Source: Phototrophicaceae bacterium (GTDB lineage: Bacteria; Chloroflexota; Anaerolineae; Aggregatilineales; Phototrophicaceae). Taken from it: a DNA stretch of 64,000 nucleotides. The DNA lies in the NCBI GenBank assembly GCA_965207905.1, contig OZ242316.1, positions 4,163,848 to 4,227,847 on the forward strand, written 5' to 3'. Shown in pieces: positions 17,348-26,773 of this stretch. Position numbers and translations under genes: made by a program. The stretch's first letter is position 1. Each line of letters begins with the position of its first letter. Under the pieces are notes generated by a model. The model was not told the origin of the DNA. It saw nothing but the letters and a program-made list of their open reading frames with translations, and made no database searches.

Positions 17348-18214
17348 ATGGCAAAACTAGGCGTCATCACCGACGGCATCAGCCGCGAATTCGAGCATGC
17401 GCTGTCGGTGATGAACGAATTCGACCTGACGCAAGCCGAGCTGCAATTCCTCTGGGATAAAGAAGTCGGCGACCTTTCGGACGCGCAGCTGAACCGCGTG
17501 CAGCAGCTTGTACATGCTCACGAAGTTGAGGTCTCCTGCATCTCCCGGCATGTCTTCGGCGGGCTAGCGCTGAGCGATATTTCGCCGACCGCGCCCGCCT
17601 ACCTGGCGCATCTGGACGCGTTGGGCCGCTGCATTGATATGGCGCAGGCGCTGGATTGTGGCCTGGTTCGCATCATGAGCTTCAAGAAAGAGATGATCCT
17701 CTTCGGCAGCCACGGCGCGGAAGAATGGAATGTGGCGAGCGGCGCCTGGGACAAGGCGCGGGAATTGATCGCCGGCGCCGTGCAAATTGCTGAAGACCGC
17801 GGCATCACGCTGGTGGTCGAAACCGGCAACAACGCCATCACCAACTCCGCCTTCCTGGCATGCAAGCTGATTGATGAGTTGGGCTCCGAGCGGTTGAAGC
17901 TGCTCTGGGATCCGGCCAACGCGCTGTATTCTACGGAAGTCGCTTACCCCGACGGCTATAGCGCGCTGCGCGGCGGTTACCTGGGGCATGTTCATCTAAA
18001 AGATGTGGTGGTGGACATTGCCCGAGCGACTGTGACTTGCCGCCAACTGGGCAGCGGGCAGATGGCGCCCTACCTTACAGACTTGGCGACCGCCCTGGCC
18101 GCCGACGGCTATGAAGGATCTATTTCGCTGGAATCGGTATATCGTCCGCTGGGCGGCACATTCGAGGACGGCTTCCGCGCTTCGGTGGGGGTATTGAAGG
18201 AGTTGTTTGGCTAG
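17348..18214 (+). CDS. Sugar phosphate isomerase/epimerase (TIM barrel)
   Basis: 288 aa with VVETGN, WDPANA, HVHLKD and SLESVY motifs. Confidence 0.8.
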   Translation: MAKLGVITDGISREFEHALSVMNEFDLTQAELQFLWDKEVGDLSDAQLNRVQQLVHAHEVEVSCISRHVFGGLALSDISPTAPAYLAHLDALGRCIDMAQALDCGLVRIMSFKKEMILFGSHGAEEWNVASGAWDKARELIAGAVQIAEDRGITLVVETGNNAITNSAFLACKLIDELGSERLKLLWDPANALYSTEVAYPDGYSALRGGYLGHVHLKDVVVDIARATVTCRQLGSGQMAPYLTDLATALAADGYEGSISLESVYRPLGGTFEDGFRASVGVLKELFG

Positions 18215-18265
18215 TCTAGCTCGCCTCCATCTACTGCACATAGTCAAATCTTATATACTTAGCGT

Positions 18266-20521
18266 GTGAGCACCGAACAGAAATCGCGTATGCGCGCTTG
18301 GATTAGCCTGCGTTGGCGGCAGGGCCGCCTCCCCCTGCTGCTGTACCTGATCACTTTCATCGTGATGACCTACCCGTTATTCTTCCGTATGCACGACTCG
18401 CTGCCGATGGACAATCCCGACACTCATACGGCGCTCTGGCAGAATTGGTGGATTCGGGAATCGCTCCTGGAAGGCAAGGCCGTAAGCCATAGCGAGTTGC
18501 TCTTCCATCCATCGGGCTTGGACGTCAGCTTACAGCCGCGCCGCTGGACGACGTTTCCGCTTTGGACCGCGCTTTACTCGATATTTGGCGATCCGCTGGC
18601 TTTCAATCTGGTTGCGACGATTGGCATCTTGTTCAAAGCCTATGGCATGTACTTGTTCGGCTTGACGCTGTTCAAACGACGGATTCCCGCCTGGGTTTGC
18701 GGCGGATTCTATGCATTTGCCGCGCCGGCCTTAGCGCATGCCTTGCAGCAGCCGAACACTGGAGCGACCGAGTGGATTCCTTGGTTTATGCTGGCTTTTG
18801 CTTCGGGCTTGGCGCTCAGCAGAGAATCAGACAACCCTCGTCGATGCCTTGCAGTTATGGTGCTGGCAGGCCTGCTCTTTTCCCTTAATGCGTACAACAA
18901 TCGAAAGATAGGCATATTTGCAATGCTGCTTGGTGGCAGTTACCTCCTCTGCCAAGCAATCATATATCGGTTATGGCGGCGGCAACGGTTTTGGCTGTCA
19001 ACAGCGGCTTTTGCCGGGTCTGCAATCGTCTTTACTGCGCCGCTTCTGGTCAGCTCGCTGTCATCCGACGGGCTTCAACACGCTATTCAAATGAGTTTTC
19101 CCCAAAATGCATACAACAGCGTAGATCTCTTATCGTACGTCAAAGCGGACTACTCGAAACCTTTGCTTTACATGCAAAGCATAGCCAGTCTCGACGGCTC
19201 GCAGTTGCCTGTTGGAGTTGCGGCGAGGGATTTGTTGCACTTGGGCGTCGTCAGCATCGCCTTCGCGTTTTCGGGCGCACTGTACACCCTGAGAGTTTAC
19301 CGCAAAGCGATCACATGGCTGCTTATCGCCCTTGTGTTTTGGCTGCTGAGTTTTGGCACGCAGGTCTATCTCGCGGGCGAATTGCTTGAAGGCATCGGTT
19401 GGACGCCATTCCGCCTAGTGGAAAACATCGTGTTTTTCAGGGTGCTGCGCGAGCCCTGGCGCATGACATTTGTGTGGTTATTCGCCTATTCTGTGCTCAT
19501 CGGCTACGGACTGGACTGCAAACTGCGGTCAATTGAACTTGATCGCCAGCAGACAATATTGCTTGTTGTCTCCGTGCTTATTCTGTTCTACGGTACCAGC
19601 CTATTCCCAATTCCCGTTCGAGCAGCGCAGCGCCCACATTATGTTTCAGCGTTAGCCGGCTTGCCGGAAGGCGCAGTTATTGATGCGCCCTTGGGTCGCC
19701 AAGAGTCCAAATACTACATGTCCGTGCAGCGCTTCCATCGTCGGCCGATTGTCGAAGGCATGATTGCGCGTATGCCCCCCGACGCATACGACTACATCGA
19801 CTCGAATCTGCTGCTGACTAGCCTAAAAGATCCGTGGGGGCTATCGACCGCTTCTGTCTCAGGCGAGAAGTGGCGAGCTGCTATTGAGTCGCTAAAGCAA
19901 GACGGCTTCCGCTACCTGATACTGCATGAACGCGTCCCCGTATCGCACTCAATTCGCGCCAGCCTCCCCGACTCCATCGCCGATGACCTCGCCGCCTGGC
20001 CCGCCGTTTATCAAGACGAAGACGTCCGCATCTATGATCTCAGGCACTGGGACGGGGCAATTCCGGTAGCTTTCAGGGGCGGATTCACTCACCTGCCTGA
20101 CGATGGTGGCATCAGCATCAACATCGGCGAGAATTTTACCATGCACAGCTGGTTCTTGCTCGATTCCGTTGATGTGCGCCCTTGCCAAGCCGTAACGGTC
20201 GAAAGCTGGTGGTCAGTCGACGAAACTGACGCCGTCCCGCATTCGCTCCTGCTCATCCTGGCCGATTCGGACGGCGACGGCCAGCTGGCGCTCGTGGACA
20301 AAGCGCCGGCGGACCGGTTTACGACTGAGTGGCATGAAGGCGTCTACTACAGAGACCAAAGCGCCATCACGATTCCCTGCGCGATAGCCAATGGCAATTA
20401 TCCGCTGCTGCTGGGATTGAAGGAGTCAATGAGCGGTGCATCCTTGCCTATTCTTCATGCGGATGGCAGCCCAGGTGGCTCGCATTACTACCTCACCACT
20501 CTCAAGGTCGCCGGGGACTAG
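18266..20521 (+). CDS. Large polytopic membrane protein with a soluble C-terminal domain (possibly glycosyltransferase-C-like; function uncertain)
   Basis: 751 aa with a GTG start. There are more than 10 hydrophobic segments in the first ~470 aa, followed by a ~280-aa hydrophilic tail. I found no motif I can name. Confidence 0.6.
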   Translation: MSTEQKSRMRAWISLRWRQGRLPLLLYLITFIVMTYPLFFRMHDSLPMDNPDTHTALWQNWWIRESLLEGKAVSHSELLFHPSGLDVSLQPRRWTTFPLWTALYSIFGDPLAFNLVATIGILFKAYGMYLFGLTLFKRRIPAWVCGGFYAFAAPALAHALQQPNTGATEWIPWFMLAFASGLALSRESDNPRRCLAVMVLAGLLFSLNAYNNRKIGIFAMLLGGSYLLCQAIIYRLWRRQRFWLSTAAFAGSAIVFTAPLLVSSLSSDGLQHAIQMSFPQNAYNSVDLLSYVKADYSKPLLYMQSIASLDGSQLPVGVAARDLLHLGVVSIAFAFSGALYTLRVYRKAITWLLIALVFWLLSFGTQVYLAGELLEGIGWTPFRLVENIVFFRVLREPWRMTFVWLFAYSVLIGYGLDCKLRSIELDRQQTILLVVSVLILFYGTSLFPIPVRAAQRPHYVSALAGLPEGAVIDAPLGRQESKYYMSVQRFHRRPIVEGMIARMPPDAYDYIDSNLLLTSLKDPWGLSTASVSGEKWRAAIESLKQDGFRYLILHERVPVSHSIRASLPDSIADDLAAWPAVYQDEDVRIYDLRHWDGAIPVAFRGGFTHLPDDGGISINIGENFTMHSWFLLDSVDVRPCQAVTVESWWSVDETDAVPHSLLLILADSDGDGQLALVDKAPADRFTTEWHEGVYYRDQSAITIPCAIANGNYPLLLGLKESMSGASLPILHADGSPGGSHYYLTTLKVAGD

Positions 20522-20604
20522 TCCCACCGTTTGAGAAGCGGGTAGTCTTGAGTATACTTGTGCGGCAAGCGCAGTTCGGCAACTCAGTTCAGAAAGGTCT
20601 CACG

Positions 20605-21465
20605 ATGCCTATCCCCAAGAAAGCCTTTGGACGCACCGGCCACATGAGTACGCGTACGCTCTTCGGCGCGGCCGCCTTCGGCGATGTCACGCAGGACGAA
20701 GCCGACCGCACGATGGAGCTGCTGCTCGCCCACGGCGTCAATCACATCGATACCGCCGCCAGCTACGGCGATTCGGAAGTGCGCCTCGGCCCCTGGATGG
20801 AGACGCATCGCGACCAATTCTTCCTCGCCACCAAGACGGGCGAACGCACTTACGACGCCGCCAAACGCCAATTCGAGCGCTCGCTGCAACGCCTGCGCGT
20901 CAGCCAAATCGACCTGATCCAACTGCACTATCTCGTCGGCGAAGACGAGTGGGAAGTGGCGATGGGGCCCGGCGGCGTACTGGAATATCTGCAGGAAGCG
21001 CGCGAGCAGGGCTTGGTCAAATACATCGGCGTGACCGGCCACGATGTCGCCATCGCGCGCATGCACCAGCGCAGCCTGGAGCGCTTCGACTTCGACTCGG
21101 TGCTGCTGCCTTACAACTACCTGATGATGCAGAACCCGATTTATCGTGCCGGCTTTAATGAAGTGGTCGAGATCTGCAGAGCCCGCGACTGCGCGGTGCA
21201 GACGATCAAAGGCATCACCCGCCGGCCCTATCTGGGCGAGCAGCGCAGCCACGCCACCTGGTACGAGCCGCTCACCGACCAAGCCAGCATCGACAAAGCC
21301 GTGCACTGGATCCTGGGCAATGACGACGTCTTCCTGAATACCGTCGGCGATATCCACGTCTTGCCGCTGGTGCTGGACGCCGCCGAACGTTACCAGGAAC
21401 GCACGCCGGACGCTGTCATGCAGGAGATGGCGGCCGATTGGGAGATGGCGCCGCTGTTTGTGTAG
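20605..21465 (+). CDS. Aldo/keto reductase
   Basis: The ORF track starts at 20548. I prefer ATG 20605 ([16 protein letters not shown]), which has AAAGG 8 nt upstream. It has [12 protein letters not shown] and IDLIQLH motifs. Confidence 0.85.
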   Translation: MPIPKKAFGRTGHMSTRTLFGAAAFGDVTQDEADRTMELLLAHGVNHIDTAASYGDSEVRLGPWMETHRDQFFLATKTGERTYDAAKRQFERSLQRLRVSQIDLIQLHYLVGEDEWEVAMGPGGVLEYLQEAREQGLVKYIGVTGHDVAIARMHQRSLERFDFDSVLLPYNYLMMQNPIYRAGFNEVVEICRARDCAVQTIKGITRRPYLGEQRSHATWYEPLTDQASIDKAVHWILGNDDVFLNTVGDIHVLPLVLDAAERYQERTPDAVMQEMAADWEMAPLFV

Positions 21466-21485
21466 TAAGGGACACGGCTTTATGA

Positions 21486-21510
21486 GAGCGTCTCTAAAAA
21501 GTAGACGCTC
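21486..21510 (+). terminator. Weak candidate terminator hairpin after the aldo/keto reductase gene
   Basis: gagcgtct (21486-21493) pairs with agacgctc (21503-21510) across a 9-nt loop. The following T tract (cctttgcg) is poor. Confidence 0.3.
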
Positions 21511-21552
21511 CTTTGCGCGTTCATTCTATTTGCTCCGCGAGACCTCAAGTTA

Positions 21553-21993
21553 ATGACCGACGCTACCAATACATCGTTTGACTGGATAAAGGTAACTAGA
21601 TGGGTTGTCTTTTCTATCCTGCTGCCTCTTTTTCCGATGCTTTTGGCATTGCTAGTGTTGATAGGGCAGGGAAGATCGGTGCACTATGAGAGCCTATTGG
21701 GTGGTACGGAGATTTACATTTTGTCGGTGACAGTTCTGGCCTCTACGAAGAATGATCTAGATAATTCGGGAGCAAATTTCTCTCGATCCCGGATTTACTC
21801 GCTTCTAACGATTTTTTTGCTTCCATATGCTATCTTTATAAGTATGGTATTTGGGGTCGTTTACATCAACGAATACGTAAATGACTTCGGATTGGCTGAA
21901 TCATTTATCGCCAATGTAGGGATTCTATTGGGTATCATAGCCTCGGTAATCTGCGTTTCGCTCCAAATAATGCTTTCTGTTGCGGAAGGCTAG
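21553..21993 (+). CDS. Hypothetical integral membrane protein (about 4 TM)
   Basis: 146 aa, hydrophobic throughout, AT-rich coding sequence, no recognisable motif. Confidence 0.5.
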   Translation: MTDATNTSFDWIKVTRWVVFSILLPLFPMLLALLVLIGQGRSVHYESLLGGTEIYILSVTVLASTKNDLDNSGANFSRSRIYSLLTIFLLPYAIFISMVFGVVYINEYVNDFGLAESFIANVGILLGIIASVICVSLQIMLSVAEG

Positions 21994-22011
21994 TAGAGAA
22001 AGAACATAATC

Positions 22012-22203
22012 ATGGAAACACTGCTAATAGTTGCGCTTATTGTCTCGTTTATATATGCGGCTGCTCTCGTTTCGACTCTGGCCATTGATCTGGTCACTGG
22101 CCGCTTTGAACGTCTGAAGTCTCTGCGAAGAGATTTGGATGAGGCTCAAAGCGACCTCCAAGGTCGACGAAACCGAAGCGACAAATTCTGGGAGTCTGTG
22201 TAA
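22012..22203 (+). CDS. Hypothetical small single-pass membrane protein with a charged tail
   Basis: 63 aa. A TM helix (LLIVALIVSFIYAAALVSTLAI) is followed by RFERLKSLRRDLDEAQSDLQGRRNRSDKF. It starts 18 nt after the preceding gene. Confidence 0.4.
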   Translation: METLLIVALIVSFIYAAALVSTLAIDLVTGRFERLKSLRRDLDEAQSDLQGRRNRSDKFWESV

Positions 22204-22295
22204 GCAGGTATAAACATTTCAAATGCAGATTTCGAAGAATACCTGATGCTATCTTCTATTGCAGCAACGTGTATTGCTAATCCGCAAGCGAAATA

Positions 22296-23033
22296 TCACG
22301 ACGTCAACGCTGCGATGATCCCCCGTATCCGCTGCGCCGAGGCGTAACTCCGCGCATACTCCGAGTCTTGATCTCCCAGCCTCAGTCGCGGACTGCGATA
22401 TTCCATCGGGCCATCCACCATCTGCTTGCCCGAAAAGTGAAAGGTTTGCGCGCCGGTTGCCTCGGCGATGCGGCCGATATTGCCCGGATTGATGCCCGCG
22501 CCAGGCATGATCTCGATTTTGCCTGCCGCCCGCGCCACCAGCTCGGCGATCAAGGGGATGCCTTCCGCGGCAGTTTCCGCCTGACCCGATGTGAGCAGTG
22601 TATCCACGCCCATATCGATCAGCTGCGACAGCGCGGCGCGCGGATCACGGCACATGTCGAATGCGCGATGGAAGGTGACGCTCAGTGGACGCGCCGTCTC
22701 GACCAAAGTGCTCGTTCGCTCAATGTCTACTCCGCCGTCCGCCAGCAGAATGCCGAAGACGACGCCATGCGCGCCGGCCGATTTCACCAGCTCAATGTCG
22801 CGCCGCATCGCTTCAAATTCGGCGTCTGTATAGAGGAAGTCGCCTCGCCGCGGGCGGATCATTACATGGATCGGGATTTGCAGCCGCTCAAGGGCCAGTT
22901 GAACCGCGCCTAATGACGGCGTGATGCCGCCGCTGCCCAGGTCGGCACAGAATTCCACGCGGTCGGCGCCGCATTTCTGCGCGATCAACGCCGATTCCAG
23001 CGAGTCGACTGCGACTTCAAAGCGGTAGGCCAT
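22296..23033 (-). CDS. cutC: Copper homeostasis protein CutC family
   Basis: 245 aa. FEVAVDSLESALIAQKCGADRVEFCADLGSGGITPSLG is the typical CutC N-terminus. Confidence 0.85.
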   Translation of the reverse strand: MAYRFEVAVDSLESALIAQKCGADRVEFCADLGSGGITPSLGAVQLALERLQIPIHVMIRPRRGDFLYTDAEFEAMRRDIELVKSAGAHGVVFGILLADGGVDIERTSTLVETARPLSVTFHRAFDMCRDPRAALSQLIDMGVDTLLTSGQAETAAEGIPLIAELVARAAGKIEIMPGAGINPGNIGRIAEATGAQTFHFSGKQMVDGPMEYRSPRLRLGDQDSEYARSYASAQRIRGIIAALTS

Positions 23034-23968
23034 CAGTTGGGGTAGGGGATCAGCTCAACCTGCGGCAGGAAGCGCTGCATATCGGCGATGTCATAGGCCG
23101 CCGTGCCCGGTTGCAGGCACACCGCCGTCGCCGCCGCGACGCCCAGGCGCAGGCCCGCTTCCAGCGGCTGCTCGTGATGTATGGCGTGCGCCATTCCAGC
23201 CAGCACCGCATCACCGGCGCCCGCTGGGCTGCTGACCTCGACCGCTATCGGCGGGATGCGATAGCTGCGTTCCCGCAAGACTGCCAGCGCGCCGTCCTTG
23301 CCCATGGTGATGACCACCTGCGTGCCGTAGCGCTCCAATATTTCGCGCCCGGCCTCATACAGCTCGGCATCGCTCTTCAGCTTGCGGCCGACCAAGGCGG
23401 ACAGCTCGTGCTCGTTCGGCTTGATGAAGTCGGGGCGGGCGCGTAATCCGGCGTCGAGATTCGGCTCAGACGCATCAAAAATGACCGGCACATCGTGAGC
23501 GCGCGCCAGCTCAATCGCCTCAAAGTAGAAGTCGGGCCTCATGCCGGGCGGCAGCGAGCCACCCGTGATCACCACCGTGGCGCCATCCAGCGCCTCCAGG
23601 TAGCGCTCGCGCAGTAGGTAGAGGTGCGCGGGCCGCACCATCATCGACGCTGATGTGATGGTGGTGTGCTCGCCGCTGCTCTCGTCAATGATGACTGTAT
23701 TGATGCGCGTCTCGCCCTCGGCGGCCACAAATTCGGTTTGTACGCCAAAGTCTTCCAGCAGCGCCTTCACTTTCTCGCCGATAGCGCCGGCCGCCAATCC
23801 CAGCGCCAGGCTGCCCAGTCCCATGCGGCCCAGAATCCAGGCGGCGTCGGTCGGCTTGCCGCCCAAGCTGTAGACAGTACGCGTGGCGCGGATGGTGGTA
23901 TTGGTCTGCAGGCGGTCTACAAATACCGTGAGGTCAATGGTGGTATTCGGCGTCAGGGAGACGATCAT
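23033..23968 (-). CDS. PfkB-family hexose-phosphate kinase (1-phosphofructokinase / tagatose-6-phosphate kinase type)
   Basis: 311 aa. It has an N-terminus like IVSLTPNTTIDLTVFV and the C-terminal GAGDAVLAG anion-hole motif. Confidence 0.8.
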   Translation of the reverse strand: MIVSLTPNTTIDLTVFVDRLQTNTTIRATRTVYSLGGKPTDAAWILGRMGLGSLALGLAAGAIGEKVKALLEDFGVQTEFVAAEGETRINTVIIDESSGEHTTITSASMMVRPAHLYLLRERYLEALDGATVVITGGSLPPGMRPDFYFEAIELARAHDVPVIFDASEPNLDAGLRARPDFIKPNEHELSALVGRKLKSDAELYEAGREILERYGTQVVITMGKDGALAVLRERSYRIPPIAVEVSSPAGAGDAVLAGMAHAIHHEQPLEAGLRLGVAAATAVCLQPGTAAYDIADMQRFLPQVELIPYPN

Positions 23969-24672
23969 CGCGCTTCGGTGTGACTGAAGTCAGCGATGGC
24001 GGATTCCATGGCGGCGCTCTCGTCGCGCAGCAGCGGGCTGGCGCCCAACTGGCGCGACATCAAAATCACGTAGGCGTTGGTATCGAGGCGCTCGACCGCG
24101 TCCATGGCAGCCGGCAGGTTCTTGCCAATTAGAAACAGTCCGTGCCAGGGGGCGATTGTGCCGGCGGCGTGTTTGGCGATTATCGCTTCACGCCCGCGCA
24201 TGGTGGCGACGATGCGCTGGCCGAGTTTGGGGCTGTGCGCCGGCGCGTAGTCGATCACGGGCGTCGTGCCGAATTTGCGCGTGGCTTCCATCACCGGTGG
24301 CAGCGGCTGGTTGGCGCAAGCGAAGACCATCAGATTGCGCGGATGAGCGTGAATCACCGCAGTGCCGAATTCGCTGAAATTCTCATGCAGGCCGAAATGC
24401 ACCGAGATCTCGCGCGTCAGGCCGCCGTCGCCTGCCAGGATCTCGCCGCGGCCATCGACCACAAGTACATCCTCCGGCGTCAATTGCCACTGCTTGTTCT
24501 GCCCGGCCAGCGTAGGGGACATGCAGAAGACATCGCCGACGCGCAGGCTGATGTTGCCGCCGCCGGCATCGGTCAAGTGACGGTCGAACAAGAAGCGGCC
24601 GATACGCGCCACCTGCTCGCGCCCGGCTTGCACTTCATCCGTCAGCACCGATTCGATTTGCAGCATTGGCAT
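23965..24672 (-). CDS. Class II aldolase/adducin family protein
   Basis: 235 aa with GGGNISLR and VIHAHP motifs. It overlaps the kinase gene by 4 nt. Confidence 0.8.
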   Translation of the reverse strand: MPMLQIESVLTDEVQAGREQVARIGRFLFDRHLTDAGGGNISLRVGDVFCMSPTLAGQNKQWQLTPEDVLVVDGRGEILAGDGGLTREISVHFGLHENFSEFGTAVIHAHPRNLMVFACANQPLPPVMEATRKFGTTPVIDYAPAHSPKLGQRIVATMRGREAIIAKHAAGTIAPWHGLFLIGKNLPAAMDAVERLDTNAYVILMSRQLGASPLLRDESAAMESAIADFSHTEAR

Positions 24673-24760
24673 TTATCTCCTATTTTCGACATAATGCGAC
24701 AATACTGGCACAGTCCAGGATCGTATTCAAGGTTTGCGAATAATCGGCATGTATGAAGGT

Positions 24761-24792
24761 TTTTTACCACAGAGACACAGAGACACAGAGAA
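24761..24792. repeat. CACAGAG-family repeat, left-end type (TTTTTACCACAGAGACACAGAGACACAGAGAA)
   Basis: 24773-24792 is the exact reverse complement of 25201-25220. 24761-24774 is the exact reverse complement of 26737-26750. Confidence 0.9.
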
Positions 24793-24815
24793 TTGAGGGG
24801 AGTTCGCTTCAAGAA

Positions 24816-25196
24816 ATGAGCCCAACTGATACACGTGACCCATTAACATACAGAATTATCGGCGCCGCCATAGAAGTACATCAGATCTTGGGAGCAGGAC
24901 TACTTGAAAACATTTATGAGGACGCGCTGTGTATCGAATTGGCAGAGCGCGGGCTCAGTTTCGAGCGTCAGAAACACCTTGAAATCAATTACAAGGGCCA
25001 TGATATTGGTGATCTTTTTGTAGATATCATTGTCGAGGATCGAGTGATCGTAGAATTGAAGTCGGTAAGAGAACTGGCGCCGATCCATAAGGCTCAGTTG
25101 ATGACATACCTTCGTGTGTCGAACATGGGGTTGGGGCTGCTGATCAATTTCAATGTTCCAAACTTGACGCAAGGAATACAGAGAGTTGTGCTTTGA
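24816..25196 (+). CDS. GxxExxY protein (PD-(D/E)XK nuclease superfamily)
   Basis: The ORF track starts at 24753 inside the repeat (HRDTETQR). The likely start is MSPTDTRDPLTYRIIGAAIEVHQILGAGLLENIYEDAL; the GxxExxY motif is GLLENIY, followed by VELKSV. Confidence 0.85.
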   Translation: MSPTDTRDPLTYRIIGAAIEVHQILGAGLLENIYEDALCIELAERGLSFERQKHLEINYKGHDIGDLFVDIIVEDRVIVELKSVRELAPIHKAQLMTYLRVSNMGLGLLINFNVPNLTQGIQRVVL

Positions 25197-25200
25197 GCAT

Positions 25201-25238
25201 TTCTCTGTGTCTCTGTGTCTACTTTCACAACCCCTCAA
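25201..25238. repeat. CACAGAG-family repeat, inverted copy (TTCTCTGTGTCTCTGTGTCT ... CCCCTCAA)
   Basis: It forms a perfect 20-bp inverted repeat with 24773-24792. CCCCTCAA (25231-25238) is complementary to TTGAGGGG (24793-24800). Confidence 0.9.
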
Positions 25239-25447
25239 TGAATCAAAGCAGAAACTAGCACAACTTGCAGTTTTTTTGTAGAATTTTGGTGCGGTGCGCG
25301 ATCCCCGTGTGTCTTTGGCAGAAAGTATGCCCTACAGAGTTTGGGACGGAGGCGAACTGACGAGCCGCTTGGCACTTAATTGATGCCCAAAAGTAGAGTA
25401 GGTCTTAGAACCTCAAAGCGCCTCTGCACCGCGGTATTACTGGCTCA
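25239..25447 (+). ncRNA. Possible IS110 bridge-RNA-encoding non-coding end (hypothesis)
   Basis: A ~200-nt ORF-free segment lies directly upstream of the IS110 recombinase gene. That is where IS110-group elements are reported to encode a structured guide (bridge) RNA. I did not verify any structure here. Confidence 0.3.
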
Positions 25448-26677
25448 ATGGTACAACCTACGAAACATAACCGCGTTCGCATCTCGCAAGGCGATTTCGC
25501 TGTAGCGGGTCGCTATGATTGCACAGCAGGTTGCGATGTAGACGCAGACTATGTCGTTGTCTCGCTTTTGAACTTCAAATCACAGACAAACGAAATTCGG
25601 CAAATACCTCAGACTCAGGCAAAAGCGAATGCAGCTGCAAAGTGGCTCAAACAGAACAAAGTAGAGTTCATAGTTCTAGAATCGACCGCAAATTATCATT
25701 TGACTTTTTATCACGCTTGCCGAAAACTTGGTCTGAATGTACACATCATCAATCCCGCTCAAGTCACGGCGCTACTTCGAATAGAGGGCAAGTCGGATAA
25801 GGCGGATGCGACAAATCTAGCCATGCTAGCCGCTACTTTTCCCCTAAGAACTTCCAATGTTCCAGATGCCCAACAAATAGAGATTCGTAGCAACTTGCGG
25901 AATTATGACCGCGACAGAAAAGCATTAACTAAAGTTAAGCAACGGGTTCATCAAGAACTTGCGCAGTTTGGAATAAATATCTTCCGGGAAACTACGTTGA
26001 GAACCCAATCAGGCCGGGCGTTTCTGGAAGCGCTTTCTCAGACAGAGGACGCGGCGGAAATGATTGTTCAGAATCACTGGAAAGGTTCACCTAGCAGCCG
26101 CCCAAGATTGATAGAGGCAATGGGGAAGACGGAAGAACTCCCAACTTGGCTTCGTCAGGAACTTGAAGTGCTAAGAATTGACCTACTTGTTCAAGAGCAA
26201 AGAATTAGAAACCGAGAACAACAAGCGCTAAATCATATCGAACATTTTGAGCTAGCGCCTCAGATCGCTTGGATGTCCACGACACCAGGAGTAAACTGGC
26301 TCGTAGCTTTACGACTAATTGGTGAAATGGGATCGGACTTTTGGCAACGATATTCAACATCAAGAGCCTGGTGTAAGGCTTTAGGGGTCGCCCCGAACAC
26401 TCTTGTTTCTGCCGGGAAAGTCCTTAAAACCTCGAAAGCCTTAGGAAATAATCATGCCAAGCGACATCTCCTCATGCAAATGCGTAATTGGTTATTGCGA
26501 AACCATGAGCACCCATTGAAACAGTGGCAAGTACAATATAGAGCTAAAGCAGGCTTTCGCAAATCAGTATCCGCGTGCTGCAATAAAGCCATGACCAGTT
26601 TATATCATCAAGGCCGGCACGGCGGTTTACCGTATAATCCGAGTCGGATGAAGTTACGATTCCCTGAAACTATCTAG
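25448..26677 (+). CDS. IS110 family transposase (DEDD recombinase)
   Basis: 409 aa. VEFIVLESTANYHLTFYHACRKLGLNVHIINPAQV...KSDKADATNLA is the typical N-terminal DEDD_Tnp_IS110 region. The C-terminal Transposase_20-like region includes PGVNWLVALRLIGEMG. Confidence 0.9.
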   Translation: MVQPTKHNRVRISQGDFAVAGRYDCTAGCDVDADYVVVSLLNFKSQTNEIRQIPQTQAKANAAAKWLKQNKVEFIVLESTANYHLTFYHACRKLGLNVHIINPAQVTALLRIEGKSDKADATNLAMLAATFPLRTSNVPDAQQIEIRSNLRNYDRDRKALTKVKQRVHQELAQFGINIFRETTLRTQSGRAFLEALSQTEDAAEMIVQNHWKGSPSSRPRLIEAMGKTEELPTWLRQELEVLRIDLLVQEQRIRNREQQALNHIEHFELAPQIAWMSTTPGVNWLVALRLIGEMGSDFWQRYSTSRAWCKALGVAPNTLVSAGKVLKTSKALGNNHAKRHLLMQMRNWLLRNHEHPLKQWQVQYRAKAGFRKSVSACCNKAMTSLYHQGRHGGLPYNPSRMKLRFPETI

Positions 26678-26736
26678 ACGCACGCATTCGCGACATGGTT
26701 GTGTTTTTGTGGCTGCCCCGAATTACGGGCGAGCAA

Positions 26737-26750
26737 CTCTGTGGTAAAAA
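26737..26750. repeat. CACAGAG-family right-end motif CTCTGTGGTAAAAA
   Basis: It is the exact reverse complement of TTTTTACCACAGAG at 24761-24774. Together they bracket GxxExxY plus IS110. Confidence 0.8.
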
Positions 26751-26773
26751 TTCTTCAAAGTTAAGGAATCGCC

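Larger units (their letters stand above)
25239..26700 (+). mobile_element. IS110-family insertion sequence (boundaries approximate)
   Basis: It contains a DEDD-type transposase ORF with a ~200-nt non-coding 5-prime region. The sequence looks AT-richer than the flanks. No terminal inverted repeats are seen, as expected for IS110. CACAGAG-family repeat copies lie on both sides. Confidence 0.65.

Noticed and set aside
21553-22203. Idea that the two small membrane proteins are a prophage holin/spanin remnant
   Set aside because: No endolysin, terminase, capsid or integrase genes lie nearby, so I kept them only as an unexplained AT-rich membrane-protein islet.
24753-24815. N-terminal ORF extensions through repeat DNA: GxxExxY from 24753, dehydratase from 42431, Gfo/Idh/MocA from 49410, ThuA from 51312
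   Set aside because: The extensions translate CACAGAG or REP repeats (for example HRDTETQR). Downstream starts with SD-like sequences give family-typical N-termini.
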